From assembly GCA_035650955.1 (NCBI GenBank), contig DASRGR010000028.1:7510-71509 (forward strand): DNA of 64,000 nt, given 5' to 3'. Positions 9,670-22,537 of this stretch are shown in pieces; the first letter of the stretch is position 1; each line of letters starts with the position of its first letter. The notes under the pieces are model-generated. The model saw only the letters and a list, made by a program, of their open reading frames with translations. It searched no databases and had not been told where the DNA came from. The position numbers and the translations under genes were made by a program. This stretch comes from Pseudolabrys sp. Its GTDB lineage: Bacteria > Pseudomonadota > Alphaproteobacteria > Rhizobiales > Xanthobacteraceae.

Positions 9670-10530
9670 CTACCTGCTGGTCTCGGCATAGCGATGATAA
9701 TCGCGCCGCAGGGCTGTTGCGATCAGCCCGGGCGCGCCATTGCCGACGGGCCGACCGTCTATTTTGACAACCGGCAGCACGGTCTGGCTTGCGGAGGTAA
9801 TGAAGGCTTCGCGCGCGTGGTACGCCTCTTCGACGGTGAAAGTGCGCTCCTCGAATGCCAGCCCCTGCGCCCTGATCATGTCGATGACGACCGAGCGTGT
9901 AATGCCTGGCAGGATGTCCTGTCCGAGCGGATGGGTGATGAGCGTGCCATCGCGATTGACTATCCAAGCGCTCGACGAAGAGCCTTCGGTGATGCGGCCC
10001 TGCGCGTCGACGAGCCAGGCTTCGCGTGCGCCCTGTTCACGCGCTGCCTGCTTGGCGAGAACGTTTGGCAGAAGCGCAACCGATTTTATGTCCACTCGCT
10101 TCCAGCGGATATCGGGAACTGTGACGACAGCGACCCCTTCCGCCGCCATCCGCTCAAGACGCTCGGGATCGCTGCTCCTTGCCGTCACGACAAGCGAGGG
10201 TTTCGTCCCTTCCGCCGGAAACGGAAAATCGCGATGCGCCGTTCCGCGCGTGACCTGAAGGTACACGATTCCGTCGCGCACGCGGTTTCGACGGATTGTT
10301 TCGCACAGAACTACGGCAAGAGCCGCAGGAGACATCGGGCGGGCGATCCGCAATTCGCGGAGCGAGCGATCCAGCCGCGCCATATGACGGCTTTCGTCGA
10401 TCAGATGACCGCCCCTCACCTCACAGACTTCATAAACGCCATCCGCGAACTGGTAGCCGCGATCTTCGATGGCGACTTTGGCCTGGCCGTAAGGCAGATA
10501 ACGGCCATTAACGTATGCAATCCGTGACAT
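9670..10530 (-). CDS. dat: D-amino-acid aminotransferase (class IV PLP)
   Basis: EDRGYQFADGVYE, DIKSVALLPNVLAKQ, ILPGITR. Confidence 0.9.
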   Translation of the reverse strand: MSRIAYVNGRYLPYGQAKVAIEDRGYQFADGVYEVCEVRGGHLIDESRHMARLDRSLRELRIARPMSPAALAVVLCETIRRNRVRDGIVYLQVTRGTAHRDFPFPAEGTKPSLVVTARSSDPERLERMAAEGVAVVTVPDIRWKRVDIKSVALLPNVLAKQAAREQGAREAWLVDAQGRITEGSSSSAWIVNRDGTLITHPLGQDILPGITRSVVIDMIRAQGLAFEERTFTVEEAYHAREAFITSASQTVLPVVKIDGRPVGNGAPGLIATALRRDYHRYAETSR

Positions 10531-10536
10531 GATTTG

Positions 10537-11907
10537 CTAGTCGATTCCGAGGGCCTTGAGCTTGCGGTGCAGTGCCGAGCGTTCCATGCCGACAAATTCG
10601 GCGGTACGCGAAATGTTGCCGCCGAAGCGGCTGATCTGCGCGACCAGGTACTCGCGCTCGAACACCTCGCGCGCATCGCGCAGCGGCAGGCTCATAAGGT
10701 GTTCGCCGCCGTTTCCGTTTGGCATGCTCGGTACCATTGATCCTACGTCCGGCGGCAGCATGCTCGCGCTCATCACCGCATCCGGATCGCCCCCGGCAAG
10801 GATCATCAGCCGCTCGATATTGTTGCGCAACTGGCGCACATTGCCCGGCCAGTTATGCGACTGCAGGACGGCCATTGCGTCGTCTCCGATCCGGCGTTTC
10901 GGCAAACCGGTCGCCTGCGAAATCTGGTCCATGAAGTATTCGACGAGATCTGGAATGTCCTCCCGCCGCTCGGCAAGCGGCGGGACGCGGATCGGCACCA
11001 CCGCGAGCCGGTGGTAGAGGTCCTCGCGGAACTTTCCTTCCGCGATCAGCGCCTCGAGATTTCGCGCCGTCGACGACACGATCCGCACGTCGACCGCGAT
11101 TTTGGCGCTGCCGCCGACACGCTGGAAGGTCTGATCGACGAGCACCCGTAAAATCTTGCTTTGCGTCTCGCGTGGCAATTCAGCGATGTCGTCGATGAAC
11201 AAGGTGCCGCCGTGCGCCTCCTCAAGCGCACCGGACTTGCGGCCTTCCGAGCCGTTCGACTGATCCACGCCGAACAGCTCGATTTCCATGCGCTCCGGAG
11301 TGATGGCGGCTGCATTGATGACGACAAACGGACCATTTGCGCGGCTGGATTGCATGTGCAGCGTGCGCGCCGCGAGCTCCTTGCCGGCGCCGGACGGTCC
11401 GACGATGAGAACGCGGCTGTTGGTCGGGGCGACACGCTCGATGGCCTGCCGTAACTGGCCGATTACGGCGGACCGGCCGACAAGCTTCGTGGGAACCGTG
11501 GCCAGCTGTTTGAGCTGCTTGACTTCCCGTTTAAGCCGCGAATTTTCCAGAGCCCGATCTGCGACCAGCACGAGGCGGTCCGCTTTGAACGGCTTTTCGA
11601 TGAAATCATAGGCGCCGAGCTTGATCGCCGCGACGGCAGTCTCGATGTTGCCGTGACCCGAAATCATGACCACAGGAAGCTCGGGGTGCTCCTGTTTGAC
11701 GGCATCGAGCAGCTGCAGGCCGTCCAGTTTGCTGCCCTGGAGCCAGATGTCCAGGAAGATCAAATTAGGCCGGCGCGCAATGATTGCCGCCAGCGCATCG
11801 TCGCTGTTACGCGCCGTGCGTGTCACATAGCCTTCATCCTGCAGGATACCCGCGACCAGATCGCGGATATCGGCCTCGTCGTCGACGATCAGAATTTCAG
11901 AGGCCAT
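10537..11907 (-). CDS. ntrX: Response regulator NtrX (receiver + AAA+ + HTH)
   Basis: ILIVDDE, DIWLQGS, GPSGAGKE, WPGNVRQLRN, MERSALHRKL; downstream of ntrY. Confidence 0.93.
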   Translation of the reverse strand: MASEILIVDDEADIRDLVAGILQDEGYVTRTARNSDDALAAIIARRPNLIFLDIWLQGSKLDGLQLLDAVKQEHPELPVVMISGHGNIETAVAAIKLGAYDFIEKPFKADRLVLVADRALENSRLKREVKQLKQLATVPTKLVGRSAVIGQLRQAIERVAPTNSRVLIVGPSGAGKELAARTLHMQSSRANGPFVVINAAAITPERMEIELFGVDQSNGSEGRKSGALEEAHGGTLFIDDIAELPRETQSKILRVLVDQTFQRVGGSAKIAVDVRIVSSTARNLEALIAEGKFREDLYHRLAVVPIRVPPLAERREDIPDLVEYFMDQISQATGLPKRRIGDDAMAVLQSHNWPGNVRQLRNNIERLMILAGGDPDAVMSASMLPPDVGSMVPSMPNGNGGEHLMSLPLRDAREVFEREYLVAQISRFGGNISRTAEFVGMERSALHRKLKALGID

Positions 11908-11911
11908 GGCA

Positions 11912-14155
11912 CTACCCACTCACTGTCGTTGATTGCCCGGGTTCGCGTTGATCGGCCTTGCCGGCGGCAGCAAACCTTATCCGCACCCAGGCACCGCGCT
12001 GCCCCGGAATCTTCTCGCTTGCGTCGCGCAATTCGATATTGCCTCCATGCTCCTCAATAATGCGCCCGACTATGGCCAGGCCGAGGCCGGTGCCTTTTTC
12101 GCGTGTGGTGACGTAAGGCTCGAGCAGGCGGCTGCGGTTCGACTTCGGAAGGCCGATGCCGTTATCGACAACGTCGATCACGATGTCGTCACCCTCTCGC
12201 GTCACGAAAACATGGATCGTGCCCTTGCCAAGCTCGGCCGGCGGCACGGCGGCGATCGCCTCGGTCGCGTTCTTGATGACGTTGGTCAGGGCCTGCGAGA
12301 TAAGCCGCCGGTCGAAGCGCGCAGGCATCGGATCTTCGGCAATTCTTGCGTCGATATCGATCTCGGCGTTTCCGACGCGCATCAGAAATACGGTCTGGCG
12401 CACGGCGTCGGCGACATCTTCGGCCGCGATCACCGGTTTGGGCATACGTGCGAAATGTGAAAACTCGTCGACCATGCGCCTGATGTCCTCGACCTGGCGT
12501 ACGATCGTATCGGTGCATTGTTCGAATACGCCGCGATCCTCTTCGATCATTTTGCCGTACTTGCGGCGCAGCCGTTCCGCCGAAAGCTGGATCGGCGTGA
12601 GCGGGTTTTTGATCTCGTGTGCGATGCGGCGCGCGACGTCCGCCCAGGCCGAGGTGCGCTGCGCGGAGACAAGCTCGGTGATGTCATCGAGCGTCACGAC
12701 GTAGCCGCGGTCGGACTCGCCGGACTGCTCGCTGGTGACGCGGACGGACAGGTTGCGCTCACGGCCGTTGCGGCTGATCGTCACTTGGTCCTGCGTGCGC
12801 GAGCCTGCACGTGCCGCCGCCATGAACTCTGAAAGCTCCGGCAGCACCTCTTCGAGCGGCCGGCCGAGCGCCTCGCTTTCGGCGCAGCCGATCAGCTTTT
12901 CCGCCGACCGGTTGAGGATGCTGACGGCGCCATTGCCGTCGACGCCGATGACTCCGGCGCTGGCGCCGGCCAACACCGCCTCGGTGAAGCGCCGACGGCT
13001 GTCGATGAGATCACGTGCGTGCATGATGTCGTCGCGCTGCGTGCGGAGTTCCTGTGTCATGCGGTTGAACGTCTCACCGAGATGCGCGAGATCCCCTTCC
13101 GCCTGCCGTACCGGCACGCGCACATAAAGATTGCCTGTCGAGACCGCGTTAGCCGCACCGATGAGGCGGCGAATCGGCGCGACCAGGCGGTTCGCAAAAT
13201 TCAGCCCGATCCAGACCGCCGACAGCAGCACAATGAGCGCGATCACGGTGTACATCAGCGCGAAGGCGACCTGCACGCCGACGCGACGTTGCTCGAGCGC
13301 GGCATATTCGGTAGCGCTCGCGCGCGTCGCCTGCAGCTGCGGCACCACACGGGGATCGAGCAGGCGCGTCAGATAGAGGTACTGGTCATCATAGTGTTCG
13401 AGCTTGATCACGGCGGCGACATAGTTGGCGTCGGGTAAAAGAACGATCTGCGGCTCCCGGCTGCCGATGCGCGGCAGTGCGTCGCGTGGCGGCAGCGCGA
13501 AGGTCTGGTTGATGTTGACGTCGGCGCGGCCGATGACGTTGAGGTCCTTGTCGAGCACCATTGCCGCGGCAAGTCCGCGCACCTGGGCCTGAAAGGTCAG
13601 AAACTGTCGCAGCTTGTCGGCATCCTGGTCAAAAATAGTCTTGTTGCGCGCAAGGTCGATCACCATTGCGATAATGTCGGAACGCACGGTCTGCGCGTGG
13701 TCGCGCAGGTAAGCTTCAGCCACAATCAGCGAATTCTCGATTGCCGCACGCGTTCGTGTCGAAAACAGCCGGTCGAGGCCGCGGTCGAGCGTCACGCTGG
13801 CGACAATTGCAACCATGATCGCAGGCGCAGCGGCAATCAGCGAGAACAACGCCACGATCCGCACGTGCAAGCGGGCTGCCGCCCGGCCGCTGCGACGTGC
13901 CTGCACGATCTGCCAGACTTCCCGCACGATGATGGCGAGGAGCAACAGCACCGTCGCCGCATTTACGGCCAGCAGGATGACAACAACGTTATGGGTCGGC
14001 GGCAGCGGCGTAAGATCGGCGAGCACGACAAAGGTGACGAAGGCCGAGAGCAGCGCCAGCCCGACGGCCAGCGGGCCGAGAATGCGCGCCTGCTCGCGCT
14101 TTGCGGGTGCGCCGGCTAGTGCCGTTTCTGCGGTAGCAGCCTGTTCGACACTCAT
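11912..14155 (-). CDS. ntrY: Sensor histidine kinase NtrY (HAMP-PAS-HisKA-HATPase)
   Basis: TM helices, [38 protein letters not shown]. Confidence 0.93.
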   Translation of the reverse strand: MSVEQAATAETALAGAPAKREQARILGPLAVGLALLSAFVTFVVLADLTPLPPTHNVVVILLAVNAATVLLLLAIIVREVWQIVQARRSGRAAARLHVRIVALFSLIAAAPAIMVAIVASVTLDRGLDRLFSTRTRAAIENSLIVAEAYLRDHAQTVRSDIIAMVIDLARNKTIFDQDADKLRQFLTFQAQVRGLAAAMVLDKDLNVIGRADVNINQTFALPPRDALPRIGSREPQIVLLPDANYVAAVIKLEHYDDQYLYLTRLLDPRVVPQLQATRASATEYAALEQRRVGVQVAFALMYTVIALIVLLSAVWIGLNFANRLVAPIRRLIGAANAVSTGNLYVRVPVRQAEGDLAHLGETFNRMTQELRTQRDDIMHARDLIDSRRRFTEAVLAGASAGVIGVDGNGAVSILNRSAEKLIGCAESEALGRPLEEVLPELSEFMAAARAGSRTQDQVTISRNGRERNLSVRVTSEQSGESDRGYVVTLDDITELVSAQRTSAWADVARRIAHEIKNPLTPIQLSAERLRRKYGKMIEEDRGVFEQCTDTIVRQVEDIRRMVDEFSHFARMPKPVIAAEDVADAVRQTVFLMRVGNAEIDIDARIAEDPMPARFDRRLISQALTNVIKNATEAIAAVPPAELGKGTIHVFVTREGDDIVIDVVDNGIGLPKSNRSRLLEPYVTTREKGTGLGLAIVGRIIEEHGGNIELRDASEKIPGQRGAWVRIRFAAAGKADQREPGQSTTVSG

Positions 14156-14296
14156 GGGCCCTGGCAAACCGATAAAACTCATGACCTGGGAGGGCTTTAA
14201 AGAGCCCCCTACAGGACTGATGCTTTTATACAACAATGTTGCCGAATTGAGACTATTCCGCGGCGCCCACGCCAAATATCGCAGGCTAGGGGGTCG

Positions 14297-15739
<1,443 letters not shown>

Positions 15740-15747
15740 GTGGGTTC

Positions 15748-16893
15748 TCACGGGCTGTGGGCCGGCAATGCGTTATCGGTGAATTCACCATCACCGCTGT
15801 AGATCGGCATCAACACGCGGAATGTCGTTCGCCGCGGCTGCGACTCGCACTCGATGATCCCTCCGTGGTCACCCACGATCTTCGCAGCGAGTGCGAGCCC
15901 CAGCCCGCTCCCGCTCTGCTTGGTGGTGACGAATGGATCGAACAAATGCGGCATCAGATCTTCCGGCACGCCCGGCCCGTTGTCCTTGACGCAGAACTCG
16001 AGCGGCAGCGACACCCGCGCCTTGCTCCCGGGCACCGAAAGCCTTACGCCGGGACGAAAAGCCGTGGTCAGTTGTATTTCGCCGTCCGCGGCATCGGGGC
16101 CGATCGCCTCGGCCGCGTTTTTGATCAGGTTGAGGAACACCTGCACCAGCTGATCTCGGTTGGCCAGCACCGGCGGCAATGACGGGTCATAGTCCTCGGT
16201 GAACTTGATATGACGACCAAAGCCCGACTGGGCGAGCCTCTTCACGTGGTCGAAAATGACGTGAATATTCACCGGTTCGCGATCGATCGGGCGCTCGTCG
16301 GAAAATACCTCCATGCGATCGACCAGCTTCACGATGCGGTCGGTCTCGTCGCATATCAGCTTGGTGAGAGGCCGGTCATCGTCGCCCGCGGACTGCTCGA
16401 GAAGTTGCGCCGCCCCGCGAATCCCCGAAAGAGGGTTCTTGATTTCATGCGCAAGCATTGCGGCAAGTGCGATTACCGAGCGGGCGGCGCCACGGTGCGT
16501 CAACTGACGATCCATCTTATCGGCGATCGTCCGTTCCTGGAGCATGACGACAACGTGGTCGGAATATTCCGGAAGCGGCGCGACATAGAGATCCACCAGC
16601 CGCTCGCCCGGATTGCGTGGCGTCGCCAGATCAACCTTGTATTCGTTCACCGCCGCCCCGCGGTGTCTCACCTGCTCGACCAGCGTGAGCAGGGGCGACC
16701 CGAAGGGGACAAGATCGCTCAACTGATGCCGTCGCAACATCGGCGTTGACGCCTCGAAAAACTGTTCTGCGGCCACATTCGCATCCGCAATCTTGCCGTC
16801 GGGCGCTATCATGATGACCGGGTGAGGCAACGCATGCAGCATCGCGTCTGCCGGCGTATTGACCATCGCTGAGACTGCCTGCGCGCGCGTCAT
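15748..16893 (-). CDS. ntrB: Nitrogen regulation kinase NR(II)
   Basis: [36 protein letters not shown]; ATGA overlap with dusB. Confidence 0.96.
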   Translation of the reverse strand: MTRAQAVSAMVNTPADAMLHALPHPVIMIAPDGKIADANVAAEQFFEASTPMLRRHQLSDLVPFGSPLLTLVEQVRHRGAAVNEYKVDLATPRNPGERLVDLYVAPLPEYSDHVVVMLQERTIADKMDRQLTHRGAARSVIALAAMLAHEIKNPLSGIRGAAQLLEQSAGDDDRPLTKLICDETDRIVKLVDRMEVFSDERPIDREPVNIHVIFDHVKRLAQSGFGRHIKFTEDYDPSLPPVLANRDQLVQVFLNLIKNAAEAIGPDAADGEIQLTTAFRPGVRLSVPGSKARVSLPLEFCVKDNGPGVPEDLMPHLFDPFVTTKQSGSGLGLALAAKIVGDHGGIIECESQPRRTTFRVLMPIYSGDGEFTDNALPAHSP

Positions 16894-17903
16894 GCGGCGG
16901 CCCTCCAAGCAAAATCGTCGAAAGCCTCAGCCAGCAGACGGCGGGTACGCCCGGGTTCTTCGGCTGTCAGGACGCGCGCACGGTGACTTTTGAGGACGTC
17001 AACCGGTGCGCCGGCCGTCTCGGCGGCATGGTCGAGCGCCCAGGCAAGATGCTTGCGCGCGTGGCGGCGGCCGATCGCGACGCCATGATGCCCGAGCATT
17101 TCATCATAAAGCCCGTCGATCAGGCTGTGCTGAGCTGCAAGCGACGGCGCCGGTTCGGACACGCCTGTTGCCAGGTAGCGAGCGACCTGTCCGGGAAGCC
17201 ACGGTCGGCCCTGCGCGGCCCGCCCGATCATGACCGCGTCGGCACCAGACGCGGCGATTGCCCTGACGGCGTCGCCAGAGCAACCGATGTCGCCGTTGAT
17301 CACGACGGGAATCGATACGGCCTGTTTGACGGCGCGAACCGCATCCCAGTCGGCAGTGCCGTCATAGAACTGACAGCGCGTGCGCCCATGGACCGTGATG
17401 AGCTTCACGCCTGCCGTTTCGGCGCGGCGTGCAAGCTCCGGCGCATTGATCGTCGCATCGTCCCATCCGAGCCGCATCTTGAGCGTAACCGGCACCCGCA
17501 CTGCCGCCACCGTCGCTTCGATCAGCCCGAGCGCATGATCGAGGTCGCGCATCAGTGCAGAGCCGGCGGCACCGTTTGTCACCTGTTTGGACGGGCAGCC
17601 CATGTTGATGTCGATGATGTCTGCGCCCTGCGCTTCGGCGATCCGGGCGCCTTCGGCCATCCATCGCGCCTCACATCCGGCCAACTGCACCACGTGGGTA
17701 GCGACCCCCACGCCGGCGCTGCGCACCATCGCCTCACGCTCGCCGCGCACGAGCCCGGCGCACGCGGTCATCTCGGAAACCACGAGTCCGGCACCCAGCT
17801 TCTCTGCAAGGCGCCGAAAAGGTGCGTCGGTAATTCCCGACATTGGCGCCAGGATCACGCAGTTCGGAACCGCTACTTCCCCAATGTTAAGCGTTTTGGC
17901 CAT
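16890..17903 (-). CDS. dusB: tRNA-dihydrouridine synthase DusB (NifR3)
   Basis: [44 protein letters not shown]. Confidence 0.95.
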   Translation of the reverse strand: MAKTLNIGEVAVPNCVILAPMSGITDAPFRRLAEKLGAGLVVSEMTACAGLVRGEREAMVRSAGVGVATHVVQLAGCEARWMAEGARIAEAQGADIIDINMGCPSKQVTNGAAGSALMRDLDHALGLIEATVAAVRVPVTLKMRLGWDDATINAPELARRAETAGVKLITVHGRTRCQFYDGTADWDAVRAVKQAVSIPVVINGDIGCSGDAVRAIAASGADAVMIGRAAQGRPWLPGQVARYLATGVSEPAPSLAAQHSLIDGLYDEMLGHHGVAIGRRHARKHLAWALDHAAETAGAPVDVLKSHRARVLTAEEPGRTRRLLAEAFDDFAWRAAA

Positions 17904-17935
17904 AAAAGCTTGTATTTCCAAAGCATTAGATAGTT

Positions 17936-17980
17936 TGCCTACCATTTAGGCGTATTCCATGACTGCTCACACTTTAGCCA
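17936..17980. promoter_or_regulatory. Tandem putative NtrC-binding sites upstream of dusB-ntrBC
   Basis: 17-mers TGCCTACCATTTAGGCG (17936-17952) and TGCTCACACTTTAGCCA (17964-17980), 28 bp apart, resembling TGCAC-N7-GTGCA. Confidence 0.45.
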
Positions 17981-18102
17981 TTTGCTCCCGCAAAGCAAGT
18001 GCTGCAACGCAAAAAAATGTTCAAATGCCGAGCAGGACGATGGCGCCTCCGTTTGCGCAATGAAAAGAACGCGCTAAAGGCAACAGGCCTCTGGAGATCG
18101 GA

Positions 18103-19272
18103 ATGTCCCAAGTCGCAGCCGTTGTAGTAGCCGCCGGTCAGGGCCTGCGCGCAGGCGGCGACTTGCCCAAGCAGTTCCGCACAATCGGGGGGATGTCTCT
18201 GCTTCGCCGCTCGCTGTTAAGCTTTGCAGGCGTACCTGCCGTCAATGCGGTGCAGCCGGTCGTGCGACCCGACGATACCGAACTGGTGCGCAAGGAAACC
18301 CGCGATATCCGAATTCTGCCGCCGGTTTTTGGTGGCGCGACGCGACAGGCCTCGGTGCATGCCGGGCTCGAGGCCCTTGCGTCAGATCCACCCAACATCG
18401 TTCTGGTGCATGATGCGGCACGGCCATTCGCCAGCGCCGACCTCATTACCCGAGCGATAGCTGCCGCGGAAAAGACGGGCGCTGCAATTCCGGTGTTACC
18501 TGTCACGGACACAGTCAAACGCGTGAGCCAGGCCGGCACAATCGAAGCGACGCTCGACCGAGGTTCGCTCCGGCTGGTGCAGACGCCGCAGGCGTTCGCA
18601 TTCGACGCCCTGCTTGCGGCACACCGACGCGCAGCCGAAAAAGGCCGCAACGATTTTACCGATGATGCCGCGCTCGCCGAATGGGCTGGAATGACCGTAA
18701 GCGTGTTTGCCGGCGAACCCGGGAATATCAAGCTTACCACGCCCGACGATTTCACACACGCCGAAGCAAAGCAGTCGGCCGCACTCGCCGATGTGCGAAC
18801 CGGATCCGGACTCGACGTTCACGCATTCGGACCTGGCGACCATGTGACCCTCGGCGGAATTCGCATCCCGTACACGCGGTCGCTGACTGGCCATTCAGAT
18901 GCCGACGTTGCCCTGCATGCGCTGACCGATGCCATTCTCGGGGCACTCGCCGAAGGCGACATTGGCGTGCATTTTCCGCCGAGCGATCCGCAATGGCGTG
19001 GCGCGTCATCGGATCGCTTTCTTGTCTTCGCCGTCGATCGCGTACACGCCCGGCGTGGACGTATCGCCCATCTTGACCTCACGATTGTATGCGAGGCTCC
19101 TCGGATCGGCGGGCACCGCGATTCGATCCGCGCAAACATCGCCAGACTCGCCGGCATCAGCGTCGAACGGGTTGGTGTCAAAGCGACAACCAGCGAAAAG
19201 CTGGGCTTCACCGGGCGTGGAGAAGGCATCGTCGCCTACGCAACGGCGACAATTCGTCTGCCCTGGGACTAG
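18103..19272 (+). CDS. ispDF: Bifunctional IspD/IspF
   Basis: [29 protein letters not shown]; then [35 protein letters not shown]. Confidence 0.96.
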   Translation: MSQVAAVVVAAGQGLRAGGDLPKQFRTIGGMSLLRRSLLSFAGVPAVNAVQPVVRPDDTELVRKETRDIRILPPVFGGATRQASVHAGLEALASDPPNIVLVHDAARPFASADLITRAIAAAEKTGAAIPVLPVTDTVKRVSQAGTIEATLDRGSLRLVQTPQAFAFDALLAAHRRAAEKGRNDFTDDAALAEWAGMTVSVFAGEPGNIKLTTPDDFTHAEAKQSAALADVRTGSGLDVHAFGPGDHVTLGGIRIPYTRSLTGHSDADVALHALTDAILGALAEGDIGVHFPPSDPQWRGASSDRFLVFAVDRVHARRGRIAHLDLTIVCEAPRIGGHRDSIRANIARLAGISVERVGVKATTSEKLGFTGRGEGIVAYATATIRLPWD

Positions 19273-19273
19273 C

Positions 19274-19798
19274 ATGCCAGACCAGCCAGCAATCGAGGCC
19301 GCCAAGGCACTTCTCGATGTCTGCAAGCGGAAGAAGCTGACGATCGCAACGGCAGAATCCTGTACCGGCGGTCTGGTTGCCGCGACCATAAGTGAAATCC
19401 CCGGGTCGTCGGCCGTCTTTGACCGCGGCTTCGTCACCTATTCCAATGATGCCAAGCAGCAGATGCTCGGGGTAACGCCGGCGACAATCGATGTTTATGG
19501 CGCGGTGAGCACCGAATGCGCCGAGGAAATGGCGAAGGGCGCCCTTGCGCACGCTTCAGTGGATCTCGCCATTTCGATTACCGGTATTGCAGGGCCGACC
19601 GGGGCTGTTGCCGGAAAACCGATCGGGCTCGTCTATTTTTGCGCAGCGTCACGCAGCGGCCGTCTTATCGCTCATGACCGCAGGTACGGCGACATCGGAC
19701 GCAGCAAGGTCCGCGAAAAATCCGTACTTCAGGCACTGGCCATGCTGCGCGAACTCGCTGAAAAGGAAGAGCCGCAACCACTCGTCGGCGAAAGCTAG
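19274..19798 (+). CDS. cinA: CinA C-terminal-domain protein (NMN deamidase family)
   Basis: ATAESCTGGL, GFVTYSNDAK, SITGIAGP. Confidence 0.9.
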   Translation: MPDQPAIEAAKALLDVCKRKKLTIATAESCTGGLVAATISEIPGSSAVFDRGFVTYSNDAKQQMLGVTPATIDVYGAVSTECAEEMAKGALAHASVDLAISITGIAGPTGAVAGKPIGLVYFCAASRSGRLIAHDRRYGDIGRSKVREKSVLQALAMLRELAEKEEPQPLVGES

Positions 19799-19935
19799 GA
19801 TCAGCCTTGGAATGGCCTTCCGCTTTCCTTGGATTGGCGTAAGATTGCCTATCGGCCGCCGATAAGAGGCGAGCGAAAGACATTCATGAGCAATCTCCTC
19901 CGGTCGGCGGACCGAAATAAACGAGGGGAAACGTC

Positions 19936-21024
19936 ATGAAACGTCGTCAATTCCTGCAAGCCGCAGGCATGGGGCTTGCTGCGTCGGCAGTTGCTGCACC
20001 TGCGATTGCCCAGTCATCTCCGCCAATAAAGTGGCGACTTACGGCGAGCTGGCCAAAATCGCTCGATACTCTGTACGGCGGCTGCGAATATTTTGCGAAG
20101 CGCGTTGCCGAAATTACCGACAACAAATTCCAGATCCAGGTCTTCGCCGCCGGTGAAATTGTTCCCGGCCTGCAGGTCCTTGATGCGGTCGGCAATGGCA
20201 CCGTCGAGATGGGCAATACGGCGCTTTATTACTATTTCGGAAAGAATCCGGCGCTCACATTCGGAACGGCACTGCCGTTCGGATTGAATGCGCGTCAGAT
20301 GATTTCCTGGCTGCGCCATGGCGGCGGCGAGGAGCTGCTCAACGACTTGCTCAAGGACTTCAATTGCGTTGGCTTCGCTGCGGCCAATACCGGCGCTCAG
20401 ATGGGCGGCTGGTTCCGCAAGGAGATCAAATCGACCGACGACCTCAAGGGACTGAAAATGCGCATCGGCGGTTTCGCCGGCACGATTGTGGCCAAGCTCG
20501 GATTGGTCCCGCAGCAGCTCGCGGCCGGCGATATCTATCCCGCGCTCGAGAAGGGAACGCTCGATGCCTGCGAATGGGTCGGCCCGTACGACGATGAAAA
20601 GCTCGGCTTCGTGAAGGTCGCCAAGTACTATTACTATCCGGGATGGTGGGAAGGCTGCGGCCAGGCTCACAACATCATGAATATTCCCAAATGGAGCGAA
20701 CTGCCGAAGGCCTACCAATCAGCCATCATCACGGCGTCCAATGACGCCTGGATCTGGACGCTGTCGAAATACGACTATCTCAATCCGATCGCGCTGCGAC
20801 GCCTGATTTCGAACGGCGCACAGTTGCGGGCCTTCCCGCAGCCTGTCATGGAAGCCTGCTACAAGGCAGCCAACGATATCTACGACGGCCTTGCAAAAAA
20901 CAATCCGCACTTCAAGAAGCTTTACGACAGCCTGGTACCGTATCGAAATGACTCCTTCGCCTGGCTCCAGGTGGCCGAACTTGGATTCGACAGTTTCATG
21001 ATGCGTATGCGCACGCGCACCTGA
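19936..21024 (+). CDS. TRAP substrate-binding protein (DctP/TakP-like), Tat signal
   Basis: MKRRQFLQ twin-arginine, GAQMGGWFRKEI, KMRIGG, EWVGPYDD, YYYPGWWE. Confidence 0.9.
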   Translation: MKRRQFLQAAGMGLAASAVAAPAIAQSSPPIKWRLTASWPKSLDTLYGGCEYFAKRVAEITDNKFQIQVFAAGEIVPGLQVLDAVGNGTVEMGNTALYYYFGKNPALTFGTALPFGLNARQMISWLRHGGGEELLNDLLKDFNCVGFAAANTGAQMGGWFRKEIKSTDDLKGLKMRIGGFAGTIVAKLGLVPQQLAAGDIYPALEKGTLDACEWVGPYDDEKLGFVKVAKYYYYPGWWEGCGQAHNIMNIPKWSELPKAYQSAIITASNDAWIWTLSKYDYLNPIALRRLISNGAQLRAFPQPVMEACYKAANDIYDGLAKNNPHFKKLYDSLVPYRNDSFAWLQVAELGFDSFMMRMRTRT

Positions 21025-21039
21025 TCGACAGAGCACTGC

Positions 21040-21080
21040 AAGGCCCGGCGGTCACCGGCCGCCCGGGCCTTCGCTTTTTA
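21040..21080 (+). terminator. Intrinsic terminator, probably bidirectional
   Basis: AAGGCCCGG...CCGGGCCTT stem followed by CGCTTTTTA. Confidence 0.7.
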
Positions 21081-21530
21081 TTTGCCGTAGACCAGGTCGG
21101 CACGCTGCTCAAATGCGGCAGCGAAGCGCCGGAATGCGGTATCAAACATTGTCCCCATCAGTATTGCGAGGGTGCGGCTCCGGAATTCGTACGCGATGAA
21201 AAATTCAACGTCGCACATGCGCTCGCCGGCCGGCCGAAAGCTCCAGCGGTTATGCATGCGCTTGAACGGGCCGTTAAGATATTCGACGTCGATTTTCAGA
21301 TCTTTCCGATCAAGCGTAACGCGGCTTGTGAAGGTCTCGCGAATAATCTTGTAGGCGACGGTCATGTCGGCCACGAGGACGGTTTTTCCGTCGTCATGGT
21401 CGGTTTTGCTCTTTACCGTCAGCGCACTGCAGAGCGGCACGAATTCCGGATATTTCGTGATATCGGCAACAAGTTCGAACATGTCGCCGGCGGCGTGAGG
21501 GACACGGCGCTTCGTCGAAAATTCCGGCAT
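21078..21530 (-). CDS. RatA/PasT (Coq10-like START-fold protein)
   Basis: MFELVADITKYPEFVPLC, YLNGPFKRMHNRWSF, FEQRADLVYG. Confidence 0.88.
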   Translation of the reverse strand: MPEFSTKRRVPHAAGDMFELVADITKYPEFVPLCSALTVKSKTDHDDGKTVLVADMTVAYKIIRETFTSRVTLDRKDLKIDVEYLNGPFKRMHNRWSFRPAGERMCDVEFFIAYEFRSRTLAILMGTMFDTAFRRFAAAFEQRADLVYGK

Positions 21531-21536
21531 AGTTTG

Positions 21537-22484
21537 TCAGGATGCAGCGCGTGCGGCCTTGAGGCGGGCAAAATTCTCACCGGCATGATGCGATGACCTG
21601 GTAAGCGGCGACGCCGCCACCATCAGGAATCCCTTGGCATAGGCAATCTTTTCCAACGCCTTGAATTCATCCGGCGGCACGAAACGCTTCACCTCGTGAT
21701 GCTTGCGGGTCGGCTGCAAATACTGGCCGATTGTCAGAAAATCGACCTGTGCCGAACGCAGATCGTCCATGACCTGTAGTACTTCATTACGGTGCTCGCC
21801 GAGCCCGACCATGATCCCCGATTTCGTGAACATCGCCGGATCGAGCTCCTTCACCCTTTGCAGCAGTCGCAGGGAGTGGAAGTACCGGGCACCGGGGCGA
21901 ACGCTGAGATAGAGAGACGGGACCGTTTCCAGATTGTGATTGAACACATCCGGCCTGGCGTCAACCACAACCTCGAGAGCGCCATCCTTGCGCAGGAAGT
22001 CCGGCGTCAGCACCTCGATCGTGGTCCTCGGGCAACGCGCCCGGATCGCCCGGATGGTTTCCGCAAAATGTCCTGCCCCGCCGTCGGGCAGGTCGTCGCG
22101 GTCAACCGAGGTCACCACGATATGGGCCAGTCCAAGTTTCGCCGTTGCTTGCGCAACATGGGCCGGCTCCTGCGGATCAAGCGCACCCGGCAGGCCGGTC
22201 TTCACGTTGCAGAAGGCGCATGCCCGCGTGCAGGTATCGCCCATGATCATGAAGGTCGCGTGCTTTTTCTCCCAGCACTCGCCGATATTCGGACAGCCGG
22301 CTTCCTCGCACACTGTGTGGAGACCGTTCTCGCGCATGATTGTCCGGGTCGCGAAGTAGCCGGGTGAAACCGGCGCCTTGACACGGATCCAGTCGGGTTT
22401 TTTCTGCGCAGGGGAATCGGGCCGATGCGCCTTTTCGGGATGCCGCGGCCGCGGATTGTTCACCAGATCGAGAACGACTGCCAT
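21537..22484 (-). CDS. lipA: Lipoyl synthase
   Basis: [29 protein letters not shown]. Confidence 0.98.
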   Translation of the reverse strand: MAVVLDLVNNPRPRHPEKAHRPDSPAQKKPDWIRVKAPVSPGYFATRTIMRENGLHTVCEEAGCPNIGECWEKKHATFMIMGDTCTRACAFCNVKTGLPGALDPQEPAHVAQATAKLGLAHIVVTSVDRDDLPDGGAGHFAETIRAIRARCPRTTIEVLTPDFLRKDGALEVVVDARPDVFNHNLETVPSLYLSVRPGARYFHSLRLLQRVKELDPAMFTKSGIMVGLGEHRNEVLQVMDDLRSAQVDFLTIGQYLQPTRKHHEVKRFVPPDEFKALEKIAYAKGFLMVAASPLTRSSHHAGENFARLKAARAAS

Positions 22485-22537
22485 GATACCTACTTACGGC
22501 TGCGCGACAGCCGCCGCAAGGTCGCTCAGGCGCCCGG

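Noticed and set aside
14191-14241. Short palindromes GGGCT-N6-AGCCC and CAACAATGTTG upstream of ntrY
   Set aside because: Short enough to arise by chance and no known regulator match
19835-19849. Sigma54-like TGGCGTAAGATTGC upstream of the TRAP gene
   Set aside because: GG-to-GC spacing is 9 nt; sigma54 needs exactly 10
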